The notes under the pieces are model-generated. The model made no database searches, was not told the origin of the DNA, and saw only the letters and a program-made list of their open reading frames with translations. From contig LCCV01000011.1 in assembly GCA_000998135.1 (NCBI GenBank), positions 4,132-68,131 of the forward strand: a stretch of 64,000 nt of DNA, given 5' to 3'. Source of the stretch: Parcubacteria group bacterium GW2011_GWA2_42_14. Lineage in GTDB: Bacteria; Patescibacteriota; Minisyncoccia; Sungbacterales; GWA2-42-14. Shown here in pieces: positions 37,495 to 46,627 of this stretch. Each line of letters opens with the position of its first letter. The stretch's first letter is position 1. A program made the position numbers and the translations under genes.

Positions 37495-38082
37495 TTGATT
37501 AAACCGAAATTTAAAAATAAAGAATACGTTTTGCTTTTAATTGGCCCTTCTGGTTCCGGAAAAGGTACGCAGGCCGATTTTTTGAAAAAACGGATTCCGC
37601 GCCTGAAAATTATTAGAACCGGACCGATGCTAAAAAAACTTGCCAGGCGTAATACAATAACAGCCGAATTTGTTCTGCCTTATTTAAAAAATGGGTTGCT
37701 TGTTCCGGGGTGGCTTGCCTCGTTCACCTGGATGAAGGTGGTTTTTGAAAGTGTGTTATCCGGAGAAAACTTGCTTTTTGACGGAGCGCCGCGCCAAGTC
37801 AGCGAGGCCCGGCTTCTGGATGAAGTGATGAATTGGCACAAAAAGCCGCTGCCAAGAGCGATATTTTTGGATATAGACCGCAAAGAGTCGCAAAGACGGC
37901 TTTTGTTAAGAGGCCGTTCCGATGATACTAATGAGGCAATTAAGGAACGCCTTAAATTTTATTATAAAAATGTAATTCCAGTAATCAGTTATTTTAAAAA
38001 AAATAAAAGATTAATCAGGGTTAATGGCGAACAGGAGCCGGAGAAAGTGGCGGAAGATATTAGAAAAGCTTTACATATTTAA
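37495..38082 (+). CDS. Adenylate kinase paralog (short LID)
   Basis: 'GPSGSGKGTQA'. Tandem to adk. Confidence 0.7.
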   Translation: MIKPKFKNKEYVLLLIGPSGSGKGTQADFLKKRIPRLKIIRTGPMLKKLARRNTITAEFVLPYLKNGLLVPGWLASFTWMKVVFESVLSGENLLFDGAPRQVSEARLLDEVMNWHKKPLPRAIFLDIDRKESQRRLLLRGRSDDTNEAIKERLKFYYKNVIPVISYFKKNKRLIRVNGEQEPEKVAEDIRKALHI

Positions 38083-38210
38083 AAATTCAAAATCCAAAGC
38101 ATCAAATCCCAAATAAATTCAAATTCCAAAATTCAAATTAAGTTTTGCCTTTTGGATATTTGGGTTTTGATATTATTTGGGATTTGGGATTTTGAAATTG
38201 GAATTTTTCG
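38083..38210. repeat. Family L (TCCCAAA)n / (TTTGGGA)n palindrome
   Basis: AAATCCAAAGCATCAAATCCCAAATAAATTC...TTTGGGTTTTGATATTATTTGGGATTTGGGATTTTG. The same heptamer (ATCCCAA)x4 occurs in-frame inside map at 38538-38568. Confidence 0.65.
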
Positions 38211-39062
38211 ATGATTGTTAAAACTCAAGATGAAATAGATACTCTTCGCGAATGCGGGCATCGTCTTGCAAAAATACTTGATAAGGTTGTAAAAGCGGTT
38301 AAGCCCGGAGTAAGCGCTAAAGATTTGGATAGGCTCGCCGAGAGCCTGATTTTGTCGCAAGGAGGAGAGCCGGTATTTAAGGGATATAAAATTAAAGAAG
38401 AAAAAAGAGCTTATCCGGCAAGTTTATGCGTATCAATAAATGATGAGATTGTGCATGGTATTCCCTTGGAAAAGAAGATTATTAAAGAGGGTGATATTGT
38501 GGGGTTGGATATAGGAATGAAGTGGCCTTCGGCTAAAATCCCAAATCCCAAATCCCAAATCCCAAACGACCTTTTTCGTCATTCTGAGGCAGAAGGCCGA
38601 AGAATCTCCGAGGGGCTTATTACCGATATGGCCGTAACCGTAGGCGTAGGAAAAATTTCCCAAGAAGCGGAAAAATTGTTGCGTTCAACGAAAGAATCAT
38701 TGGGCATAGGAATTTCAATTTTAAGGCCGGGAGTAAAACTCGGCGATTTGGGTTTTATAATCCGGAAACATTTAGAGAAAAATAACCTTTCAATTATTCG
38801 GGATTTATGCGGTCACGGCGTAGGAAAAGAGCTTCACGAAGAGCCGATGGTTTTGAATTATGGCAAAAAAGGAACCGGTCTTGAACTTCGCGAAGGAATG
38901 GTTATTGCCATTGAACCAATGGCAAGTTTGGGCGATTGGAAAATTAAAGTTGACTCCGACGGCTGGACAATTCGCACGGCCGATAAGTCGCTTGCCGCCC
39001 ATTTTGAGCACACGGTGGTAATAATTAAAAATGGCGCAGAAGTGTTGACAAAGATAAAATAA
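38211..39062 (+). CDS. map: Methionine aminopeptidase type I (with an in-frame repeat-derived insertion at ~38530-38616)
   Basis: MetAP fold motifs 'GDIVGLDIG', 'HGVGKELHEEP' and 'AHFEHTVVI'. Confidence 0.9.
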   Translation: MIVKTQDEIDTLRECGHRLAKILDKVVKAVKPGVSAKDLDRLAESLILSQGGEPVFKGYKIKEEKRAYPASLCVSINDEIVHGIPLEKKIIKEGDIVGLDIGMKWPSAKIPNPKSQIPNDLFRHSEAEGRRISEGLITDMAVTVGVGKISQEAEKLLRSTKESLGIGISILRPGVKLGDLGFIIRKHLEKNNLSIIRDLCGHGVGKELHEEPMVLNYGKKGTGLELREGMVIAIEPMASLGDWKIKVDSDGWTIRTADKSLAAHFEHTVVIIKNGAEVLTKIK

Positions 39063-39112
39063 AATGATATCTTTGTTTTAAGTCAGTATAAAATCAAGGA
39101 GAAGGGTAAAAA

Positions 39113-39463
39113 ATGAGAATAGAGGGTTTGGGAAAGCGCGCTTTATTTCTTATTCCATCGGTAAAGGTTTATAACCGCAAATATTCAAAAACCCGTCAGA
39201 GTATCGCTCGTACCATTCATAATTTTTTGAACGATACTTTTGGCGGATATACTTGCGCCTCCGGCAATATTTACGGATATTTTACTTCCGAGTCAGCCGA
39301 ATATGATGAATTGAGAGAGTTTAGGGTAGCGTTTAAAGAGGACGAGAAGAAAACCAAAGTTCCCAAGCTTCAGGAGTTCCTTTCAAAAATTTGCGAAGAT
39401 ATCGGTGAAGAGTGTATATATCTTGAGTGCGGTGAAGATGCTATGTTGGTTTATTCAAAGTAG
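39113..39463 (+). CDS. Hypothetical protein
   Basis: ORF only. Confidence 0.3.
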   Translation: MRIEGLGKRALFLIPSVKVYNRKYSKTRQSIARTIHNFLNDTFGGYTCASGNIYGYFTSESAEYDELREFRVAFKEDEKKTKVPKLQEFLSKICEDIGEECIYLECGEDAMLVYSK

Positions 39464-39522
39464 ATAGTTTGGCTCCTGGCGGGGCTTTTTTCTTTTTTTG
39501 AAATATGTGCGACAATAAATGT

Positions 39523-39909
39523 ATGCGTTATTTAGGCATTGATTACGGTCATAAAAGAATCGGAATTGCTATTTCTGATGAAGGGGGCGTTATGGCTTTT
39601 CCTTTTAGCCGGATTTTGGCGAAAAGCCCGGCTTTTATTGTTAAAGAAATTAAGAAAATAATAAAAAAGAAAAGAATAGAAAAGATTGTCCTTGGCTTGC
39701 CGATTACTTTCGGCGGCCAGGATTCATTGCAGACAAACGCAGTTAAGGAATTTGGCCGATATCTTGGTAAAATGTTACAATTACCGATAGAGTATGAAAA
39801 CGAGATTTTGAGCACAAAGATGGCGGAACGCGGCGGCACCGTCAAACAAAAAATCGATTCATCAGCCGCCGCCATTATTTTGCAGTCATATTTGGATAGA
39901 AACAAGTGA
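39523..39909 (+). CDS. ruvX: Holliday-junction resolvase-like RuvX/YqgF
   Basis: 'MRYLGIDYGHKRIGIAISDEGG'. Confidence 0.7.
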   Translation: MRYLGIDYGHKRIGIAISDEGGVMAFPFSRILAKSPAFIVKEIKKIIKKKRIEKIVLGLPITFGGQDSLQTNAVKEFGRYLGKMLQLPIEYENEILSTKMAERGGTVKQKIDSSAAAIILQSYLDRNK

Positions 39910-39973
39910 CAAGAAACATGAGACAAGGATGCGTTCCATGTCCATGTCCATGTCCATGTCACATGTCACATGA
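39900..39973. repeat. Family A heptamer-arm palindrome (variant with a (CATGTC)n hexamer run)
   Basis: AACAAGTGACAAGAAACATGAGACAAGG...CCATGTCCATGTCCATGTCCATGTCACATGTCACATG. Confidence 0.7.
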
Positions 39974-40705
39974 GTGTATTTAAGCTGGATTATTCCTTCC
40001 TATAACGAAGAACGCAGAATTGAAAAAACTCTTCATGAAGTTGACGCTTATTTGCGTTCTAAAAATTTTTCTGAAGGATATGAAATTATTGTTGCCAATT
40101 CCGCGTCCCGCGATAAAACTGCTGAAATAGTAGAAGGACTTATAATAGAAATTCCGCGCCTCCGCCTTTTAAATTTGGAAAACAAGGGTAAGGGTTGGGC
40201 GGTTAAAAAAGGTATGCTTGATGCCAAAGGCGATATCCGGTTGTTTTCCGATGCCGATAATTCAACCGCGCCGAATTATTTTGACGCCATGCTTCCCTTT
40301 TTTGAAAAAGGATATGACATTGTAATAAGTTCGCGTAACTCCAAAGACGTAGTCGGAGCTTCGCGCGATATCAAAGAACCGTGGTATAGAGAAATTATGG
40401 GGCGTATGGGAAATATGGTGATACAAATATTCGGAGTTTGGGGCATTCAAGATACGCAAAACGGTTTTAAGGCCATGACCGCCAAAGCCGCTAAGGATAT
40501 TTTTTCAAGGGCTTTAATGTACGACTTTTCTTTTGATATTGAGATGCTGGCTTTGGCAAAAAAAATGGGATACAAAATCGCGATTATTCCTATTCAATGG
40601 AAATTTGATCCGGATAGCAAGGTTACTTTAAAGGATTATATTCAAGTATTTCTTGATGTATTCAGGATTAGGTGGAATTTTATCACGAACAAATATGAGT
40701 TGTAG
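39974..40705 (+). CDS. Family-2 glycosyltransferase (Dpm1-like)
   Basis: 'SWIIPSYNEERRIEKTL'. 'FSDADNS' DxD-like. Confidence 0.7.
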   Translation: MYLSWIIPSYNEERRIEKTLHEVDAYLRSKNFSEGYEIIVANSASRDKTAEIVEGLIIEIPRLRLLNLENKGKGWAVKKGMLDAKGDIRLFSDADNSTAPNYFDAMLPFFEKGYDIVISSRNSKDVVGASRDIKEPWYREIMGRMGNMVIQIFGVWGIQDTQNGFKAMTAKAAKDIFSRALMYDFSFDIEMLALAKKMGYKIAIIPIQWKFDPDSKVTLKDYIQVFLDVFRIRWNFITNKYEL

Positions 40706-40776
40706 AGATATGAGACAAGGGACATGATACAAGGAATGTAAAACTTGTCGCATGTTGCATGTCACATGTCACATGA
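40706..40776. repeat. Family A heptamer-arm palindrome
   Basis: GAGATATGAGACAAGGGACATGATACAAGG...CATGTTGCATGTCACATGTCACATG. Confidence 0.7.
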
Positions 40777-41811
40777 GTGAAGAATATATCCGAATTAAGA
40801 CAAGACATCGTTTTCGGCGATTGGGTTGTTATTGCCACGGGCAGGGGCAGGCGTCCTCACGATTTTGCCAAAAAAGACGGAGACCATTGGTGGAAACGAC
40901 AGAAAAAGAATTGTCCATTTGACGAACTTATTGATTCGGCTTTTTATGTTGCTTTGAAAAGCGGAGAGGTTCATAAGCTTTCTAAAAAAAATAAAACAGT
41001 TCTTGAAAAGAATTGGTTTTTACAAATTATTCCCAATAAATATCCGGCTTTTGGAAAGGGGATTTGCGCCGTGCAAAGAAAAATCGGACCTTATTTTTGG
41101 GAAGACGGCGTGGGTTTTCATGATGTTATTATTACCCGGGCTCATGAAAAATCCGTTGCTTTAATGAGTCAAAAAGAAGCTGATATTTTGATACGGGCTT
41201 ATCGCGATAGATATTTGCAGTTAAAGGATGAAGATTGTGTTGAATACGTTTCTATTTTTCATAATCACGGGCCGGAAGCAGGAGCAAGCATTGCCCATCC
41301 GCATTCGCAAGTTATCGCTATCTCGGTGGTTCCGCCGGATGTGGGAAGAAGTATTAAGGGTTCGGCGGTTTTTTATCATAAAAATAAAAAATGCGTGCAT
41401 TGCGTAATGATTGATTTTGAAAAGCGCGAAAAAATCAGGATTATTTATGAAAATGAAAAATTTGTGGTTTTCGCGCCCTTTGCTTCCCGCACTGCTTTTG
41501 AAGTTAGGGTTTTCCCCAAAAAACATTCTCCGAATTTTGAGTCCATTCATAACAGCGAAATTACTTTTTTGGCAGACGCTTTAAAAATGGCGCTGGCTAA
41601 ATTATGCAAGGGTTTGGGCAATCCTTCTTATAATTTTTTCATCCATACTTCTCCGGCGGCCAATATTGAGGCCTTAAGGCATTATCATTGGCATATAGAA
41701 ATTTTGCCTAAAACCGCGATTTGGGCCGGATTTGAACTGGGAACTGGTATTGATATTTCAAGCATAGCGCCGGAAAAAGCAGCATCCTTTTTGCGAAAAA
41801 TCAAAAATTAA
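40777..41811 (+). CDS. galT: Galactose-1-phosphate uridylyltransferase-like (HIT superfamily)
   Basis: 'FHNHGPEAGASIAHPHSQV'. Confidence 0.65.
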   Translation: MKNISELRQDIVFGDWVVIATGRGRRPHDFAKKDGDHWWKRQKKNCPFDELIDSAFYVALKSGEVHKLSKKNKTVLEKNWFLQIIPNKYPAFGKGICAVQRKIGPYFWEDGVGFHDVIITRAHEKSVALMSQKEADILIRAYRDRYLQLKDEDCVEYVSIFHNHGPEAGASIAHPHSQVIAISVVPPDVGRSIKGSAVFYHKNKKCVHCVMIDFEKREKIRIIYENEKFVVFAPFASRTAFEVRVFPKKHSPNFESIHNSEITFLADALKMALAKLCKGLGNPSYNFFIHTSPAANIEALRHYHWHIEILPKTAIWAGFELGTGIDISSIAPEKAASFLRKIKN

Positions 41812-41812
41812 A

Positions 41813-41902
41813 GCGACTCCAATATACAAATAGCACTCGAATGACTCGAATAAACGAAAATATCATTCGAGACATTCGAGTGAATTAGAGTATTAGAGTC
41901 GC
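41813..41902. repeat. Family B palindromic element
   Basis: GCGACTCCAATATACAAATAGCACTCGAATGACTCG...CATTCGAGTGAATTAGAGTATTAGAGTCGC. Confidence 0.7.
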
Positions 41903-41912
41903 ATAATTTACA

Positions 41913-42572
41913 ATGGAGTTTATTCTTGGTATTGATTTAGTTACTCTAATTAAGACGATTGGGTATCTGGGAATTTTTGGAATTGTCTTTGCGGAATCAG
42001 GGTTGTTTTTAGGTTTTTTTCTGCCCGGTGATTCTTTGCTTTTTACAGCCGGATTTTTGGCGTCCCAGGGTTTTTTTAATATTTTATTGCTGATGGCGCT
42101 TTGTTTTTTAGGGGCGGTACTGGGAGATAGTTTCGGTTATGCTTTCGGCAGAAAAACCGGGCCGGCAATTTTTAACCGGGAAGATTCTTTGTTATTTCAT
42201 AAACGGCATTTGGAAAGAGCAAAATCATTTTATGAAAAGTATGGTGGAAAAACCATAATCTTGGCAAGATTTATGCCAATCATCCGTACTTTTGCTCCGA
42301 TTCTTGCCGGAGTTGGCGAGATGCGTTATAAAACCTTTCTTTTTTACAACATAATTGGCGGAGTGATTTGGGGAGTTGGCATGCCGTTTTTAGGATATTT
42401 TTTAGGAAATGTTATTCCGGACGTTGATAAATATATTGTACCAATGGTGGTTGCGATTATTGTTCTCTCTTTTTTGCCGCCGGTGATTCATATTCTTAAA
42501 GACAAGGAACATCGTGAAGAAATAATAACTGTTTTAAAAAAGTATTTTAGGAAATCAAATATTGGCATTTAA
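41913..42572 (+). CDS. DedA/SNARE-associated family membrane protein
   Basis: 'FLPGDSLLFTAGFLA'. Confidence 0.6.
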   Translation: MEFILGIDLVTLIKTIGYLGIFGIVFAESGLFLGFFLPGDSLLFTAGFLASQGFFNILLLMALCFLGAVLGDSFGYAFGRKTGPAIFNREDSLLFHKRHLERAKSFYEKYGGKTIILARFMPIIRTFAPILAGVGEMRYKTFLFYNIIGGVIWGVGMPFLGYFLGNVIPDVDKYIVPMVVAIIVLSFLPPVIHILKDKEHREEIITVLKKYFRKSNIGI

Positions 42573-42573
42573 A

Positions 42574-42660
42574 TATCACTAATCAATCGCGAATATTCGC
42601 GAATGCCTGTGGTGAGCTCGTCGAACCATTCGCGAATAAAATTAGAGATTGATTAGAGAA
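42574..42660. repeat. Family E element
   Basis: Same 'GCGAATGCCTGTGGTGAGCTCGTCGAACCATTCGCGAA' core. Confidence 0.7.
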
Positions 42661-42662
42661 TA

Positions 42663-43442
42663 ATGGTAAAAAAAATTATAATTGCCAACTGGAAAATGAA
42701 TCCGCCAACGCTTAAGGAAGCAAAGCGGCTTTTTGATAAAGTAAAAAAAGGAATTCGCGGGGTTAAAAACACTGAAGTTATAATTTGTCCGCCCTTTCTT
42801 TATTTGTCGGAGTTAAAAGCTAAAAGCTATAAGCTAAAAGCTCAATTGGGGGCTCAAGATGTTTTTTGGCAGGCAGGCGGCCCTTTTACCGGTGAGATTT
42901 CACCAGAGATGCTTAAAGAATACGGTGTTACCCATGTTATAATTGGGCATTCGGAAAGAAAGAAATGGCTGGGTGAGACCGATGAAATGATTAATAAAAA
43001 AGTTAAAGCCGCATTAAAATATGGCTTAATTCCGGTTCTTTGCGTAGGAGAACGGGAAAGGGAGGTTCAAGGAGAAATTCCTCATATTGTTGAAGAGCAG
43101 GTGCGAGCCGCTCTGAAAGGAATTAGGAAAGGGGATTTTAAAAACGGAATAATCGCTTATGAGCCGGTTTGGGCAATAGGAACGGGCAAGGCCGAAACCC
43201 CGGATAATGCCACCAGGGCCGCGTTATATATCAGAAAGATTGTGAAGAGCGTTTTGGGAAGTAATACTGTGGAAAAAATCCGCGTAATTTACGGCGGGTC
43301 GGTTAATGCGCAAAACGCGGCATTGTTTATCGCCAAAGATATTCGCGGGATGGAAGGAATGCTGGTGGGAGGAGCAAGTTTGAAGGCAGAGGAGTTTATA
43401 CAAATTGTTAAAAATGTAGTAGAAGCGGATGGACGTAAATGA
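42663..43442 (+). CDS. tpiA: Triosephosphate isomerase
   Basis: 'IAYEPVWAIGTGK'. Confidence 0.9.
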   Translation: MVKKIIIANWKMNPPTLKEAKRLFDKVKKGIRGVKNTEVIICPPFLYLSELKAKSYKLKAQLGAQDVFWQAGGPFTGEISPEMLKEYGVTHVIIGHSERKKWLGETDEMINKKVKAALKYGLIPVLCVGEREREVQGEIPHIVEEQVRAALKGIRKGDFKNGIIAYEPVWAIGTGKAETPDNATRAALYIRKIVKSVLGSNTVEKIRVIYGGSVNAQNAALFIAKDIRGMEGMLVGGASLKAEEFIQIVKNVVEADGRK

Positions 43443-43465
43443 TTACGCGGATTAACGCGAAAAGA

Positions 43466-43498
43466 AAAAGCGGCATGAAATTTTATGCCGTTTTTATT
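43466..43498. terminator. Hairpin terminator between tpiA and the opposite-strand genes
   Basis: AGCGGCATGAAATTTTATGCCGTTTTTATTTTT. Confidence 0.4.
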
Positions 43499-43771
43499 TT
43501 TATGTTTTTAATTTGTTTTTGAATCTTTGCCAGAAAAATATTGCGGAAAGCGGTAGCCATATACCTATAGTTCTTGGAATATGGATAAAAGCAATATTTA
43601 CCTCTTGATGTTGAAGAAATACATAACCAACTAAACTCAGTGTAATTAAAAAACTAACTCCGAGGCTTATTAGAGAATATTTGATAATATTTTTTGCCCC
43701 TTTTTTCAAAGAAACCTTTTTTCTTTTTGGCAGTGGTTATAACGTAATTATAGCAAAGGAGTCATTGTATA

Positions 43772-45040
43772 TCAATCATTGGAAGTATAATACCTTATTG
43801 CTAAAAGCCAGGTGCGGATGGCCTTTTGCGGAGGAAGGATAAATAAAAGATAGCGAAGTTCCACCAATTGTTTGGCAAACCAGCCGGTAAAGCCGCAGAA
43901 TTTGAAATAAACAAAGTCGGCAATGGCGTATTTTTTTCCGATAGTAAGAATAAACGGGTATTTTTTCGCTGGAGTGAATTTTTTTAGCGGTTTGCCCGTT
44001 ATTGACCGTAAAATATTTTTAGCAGCAATTCGTCCTTCGGCTTCGGCCACAGGCACATTCCAGATAAGCGGTTTTCCTGTTTTGGGGTTAATCATTGAAG
44101 AATTATCGCCGATGGCAAAAATATGGCCTTGTCCGATCGCCACAGGCGATTTAGGGCCGTTCTGTTCTTGAATTTGCAGGTATTCGTTAATTATAGTGGA
44201 ACCTTTTTGGGATAGGGGAAGCCCGAAGTTTCCAAAGATTTCTGGTCCCTTAACGCCGCCCGTCCAGATAAGCAGGTCAAAATTTTCTTTTTTGCCGTCC
44301 TTGCAAATGAAATGATCGGCGTTAACTTCAGCAATTGTTGTATTTGTTTTTATCCTAACCCCCAAATTTTCCAGGCGTTTTTTTGTTTTTTCAACAATAA
44401 CAGCATCAAAACCGGGAAGTATTTCTAGCGAGGCCTCAACCAGTAAAAAATGCGCATTGCAGACATTTTTGCCGTTGTCTATTTTTTCTTTGATGGCGCA
44501 GACGAAATTTATGAATTCGGCCACAAGTTCCACTCCGCTTGCTCCCGCCCCTCCGACTGTGATTTTTATTTCATCCTTTTTTTGAACCAGTTCTTCTATT
44601 TTGCTTCTTAACCTTGCTCCGTCGTCAAATGTTTTCAAAGGGTAGCTGTGTTCGCGAAGTCCGGGAATGTTGAAATAATTTGTTTCCGCACCCAAGGCAA
44701 AAACAAGATATTCAAATGATAAATCTCCTCCTTTTTTAAGAATAACTTTTTTTTCCTGCTCCTTTAGCCCGCTTACTTCATCGCAGATAAACGTAATTGG
44801 TTTCCTTTTTACCGCGTCGGCAACCGGTATAAGTACGGAAGATTTAAGGGGGATGTCATCGGCATATTCCATCGGAATGGCGGCAATTTCGTAGAGCGCC
44901 GGTGTATAAAGCTGATGGTGATATTTATCTATTAAAATGATTTTATATTCTTCAGATAGTCGGCCTATTTTTTTTGCCAATTTTAAAACCGCGGTAATGC
45001 CGCCGAAACCTGCCCCTAAAATTACTATGTTCTTCTTCAT
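43772..45040 (-). CDS. ndh: Type II NADH dehydrogenase / FAD-dependent pyridine nucleotide-disulfide oxidoreductase
   Basis: 'IVILGAGFGG' Rossmann. 422 aa. Confidence 0.7.
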   Translation of the reverse strand: MKKNIVILGAGFGGITAVLKLAKKIGRLSEEYKIILIDKYHHQLYTPALYEIAAIPMEYADDIPLKSSVLIPVADAVKRKPITFICDEVSGLKEQEKKVILKKGGDLSFEYLVFALGAETNYFNIPGLREHSYPLKTFDDGARLRSKIEELVQKKDEIKITVGGAGASGVELVAEFINFVCAIKEKIDNGKNVCNAHFLLVEASLEILPGFDAVIVEKTKKRLENLGVRIKTNTTIAEVNADHFICKDGKKENFDLLIWTGGVKGPEIFGNFGLPLSQKGSTIINEYLQIQEQNGPKSPVAIGQGHIFAIGDNSSMINPKTGKPLIWNVPVAEAEGRIAAKNILRSITGKPLKKFTPAKKYPFILTIGKKYAIADFVYFKFCGFTGWFAKQLVELRYLLFILPPQKAIRTWLLAIRYYTSND

Positions 45041-45044
45041 AACA

Positions 45045-45165
45045 ATGATGCCAATCTACAAATGAAATGCTAATCTATAAATTGCGAATCGGTTATTATT
45101 CGAGCCTGTCGAGAATTTTACATTAAGGTTAACTTCTCGATTTCACTCGAAGAATATCGCCTTAG
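45045..45165. repeat. Family C element
   Basis: GATGCCAATCTACAAATGAAATGCTAATCTATAAATTGCGAATCGG... Confidence 0.6.
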
Positions 45166-45225
45166 TATCCCATTTGGCCATCTATCATTATACTCAAAAA
45201 TACTATACAATGAAATGGTTGATTT

Positions 45226-46398
45226 ATGAAATTAAAAACACTTAAAGAAGCAAAAATCAAAAAAGGAATGCGCGTTTTGGTTCGCGCCGATTTCAACGAG
45301 CCGATTTCCGGCGGAAAAGTTAGTGACGATTTTCGCATAAAAACGACCTTGCCTACGATAAAATATTTGCTGAAAAAGGGTGTTAAGATTATTTTGATTT
45401 CGCATTTGGGAAGGCCCGGCGGAAAAATTGACCCGACCTTAAGTTTGGCTCCTGTGGCTAAGCGTCTTTCGCGTCTTTTGAAAAACGAAGTTAGGTTGGT
45501 TCGCGATCCGTGGAAGTTTGACTTCTTAAGTAAGTCAAATTTCTCTAAACATCGCCCAATTTTTTTATTAGAAAATATCCGGTTTTGGCCTGAAGAGGAA
45601 AAAGGTGATTTGCGGTTTGCCGGGAAATTTTCCTCTCTGGGCGATTTTTATATTAATGACGCTTTTGGCGCATCGCACAGGGCCCATGCGTCTATCAGCG
45701 GTATTCCCAAGTATTTGCCGCATGCGGCTGGATTTTTGCTGGAAAAGGAAGTAAAGTCCCTGGAAAAACTTTTGCACCATCAAGCGCGTCCATTTTTTGT
45801 GATACTCGGAGGAGCGAAAGCGTCGACAAAAGTTGAGTTGGTTAGAAAATATTTAAAAGAGGCCGACGGAGTTTTGGCGGGAGGCGCTATCGGCAATACC
45901 ATTTTGGCGGCGCACGGGTTTGAGATTGGAAAGTCGCTGGCTGATCGTATTGGCAAGCGGGAACTTAAAAAATATATTGATATTTCTAGTTTGAAACTTT
46001 TTTCCCCGCTGGATGCGGTGGTTTCGGATAAAGTCTCTGCTAACGCGCTTTCCAAAGTTGTTCACATGGGTTTGATTAGAAAGGGAGAGTACATAGTTGA
46101 TATCGGTCCGGAAACCGGCAGGTTTTTTGCTAAGGTTTTGCGCCCGGCCAAAACAATTTTATGGAACGGGCCCATGGGTGTTATTGAAATTGAAAAATTT
46201 TCTCACGGAACGTTGAATTTTGTCAAAGCAATGAAAAAAATTAAGGCGTATAAAGTGACCGGCGGGGGAGACACGATTGCTTTTTTGCAAAAACACCGGC
46301 TTATGAATGCGTTTGACCATGTTTCCACCGGCGGAGGAGCCATGATGGAGTTTTTGGCGGGAAAAAAATTGCCGGGGATTGAAGTTTTGAAAAAATAA
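45226..46398 (+). CDS. pgk: Phosphoglycerate kinase
   Basis: 'RADFNEP'. 390 aa. Confidence 0.9.
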   Translation: MKLKTLKEAKIKKGMRVLVRADFNEPISGGKVSDDFRIKTTLPTIKYLLKKGVKIILISHLGRPGGKIDPTLSLAPVAKRLSRLLKNEVRLVRDPWKFDFLSKSNFSKHRPIFLLENIRFWPEEEKGDLRFAGKFSSLGDFYINDAFGASHRAHASISGIPKYLPHAAGFLLEKEVKSLEKLLHHQARPFFVILGGAKASTKVELVRKYLKEADGVLAGGAIGNTILAAHGFEIGKSLADRIGKRELKKYIDISSLKLFSPLDAVVSDKVSANALSKVVHMGLIRKGEYIVDIGPETGRFFAKVLRPAKTILWNGPMGVIEIEKFSHGTLNFVKAMKKIKAYKVTGGGDTIAFLQKHRLMNAFDHVSTGGGAMMEFLAGKKLPGIEVLKK

Positions 46399-46627
46399 TA
46401 GCGCCCCCGAAGGACGCTTAAAGTTATTTATTTTTTTAGAAGTTTTACTGTAACAATTGCGGCGGCAATTCCGCCAAGTACCCCGAAAGCAGTAGCTTCT
46501 ACAGGGTTTTTAAGGGCCATGACAATAGTTCCCAAGCTCCACATTACCCATATAGAAAGTAAAAACAATCCTTTTTCTGACATTTTATTACTCCTTAGGG
46601 TGGTTAAAGAACACATTTGTAATAAAT

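Noticed and set aside
27618-40785. Tandem short repeats with regular spacing that might be taken for CRISPR arrays
   Set aside because: Units are 7 bp, not 25-40 bp, and have no unique spacers. The two arms are complementary and form a hairpin. No cas genes are present.
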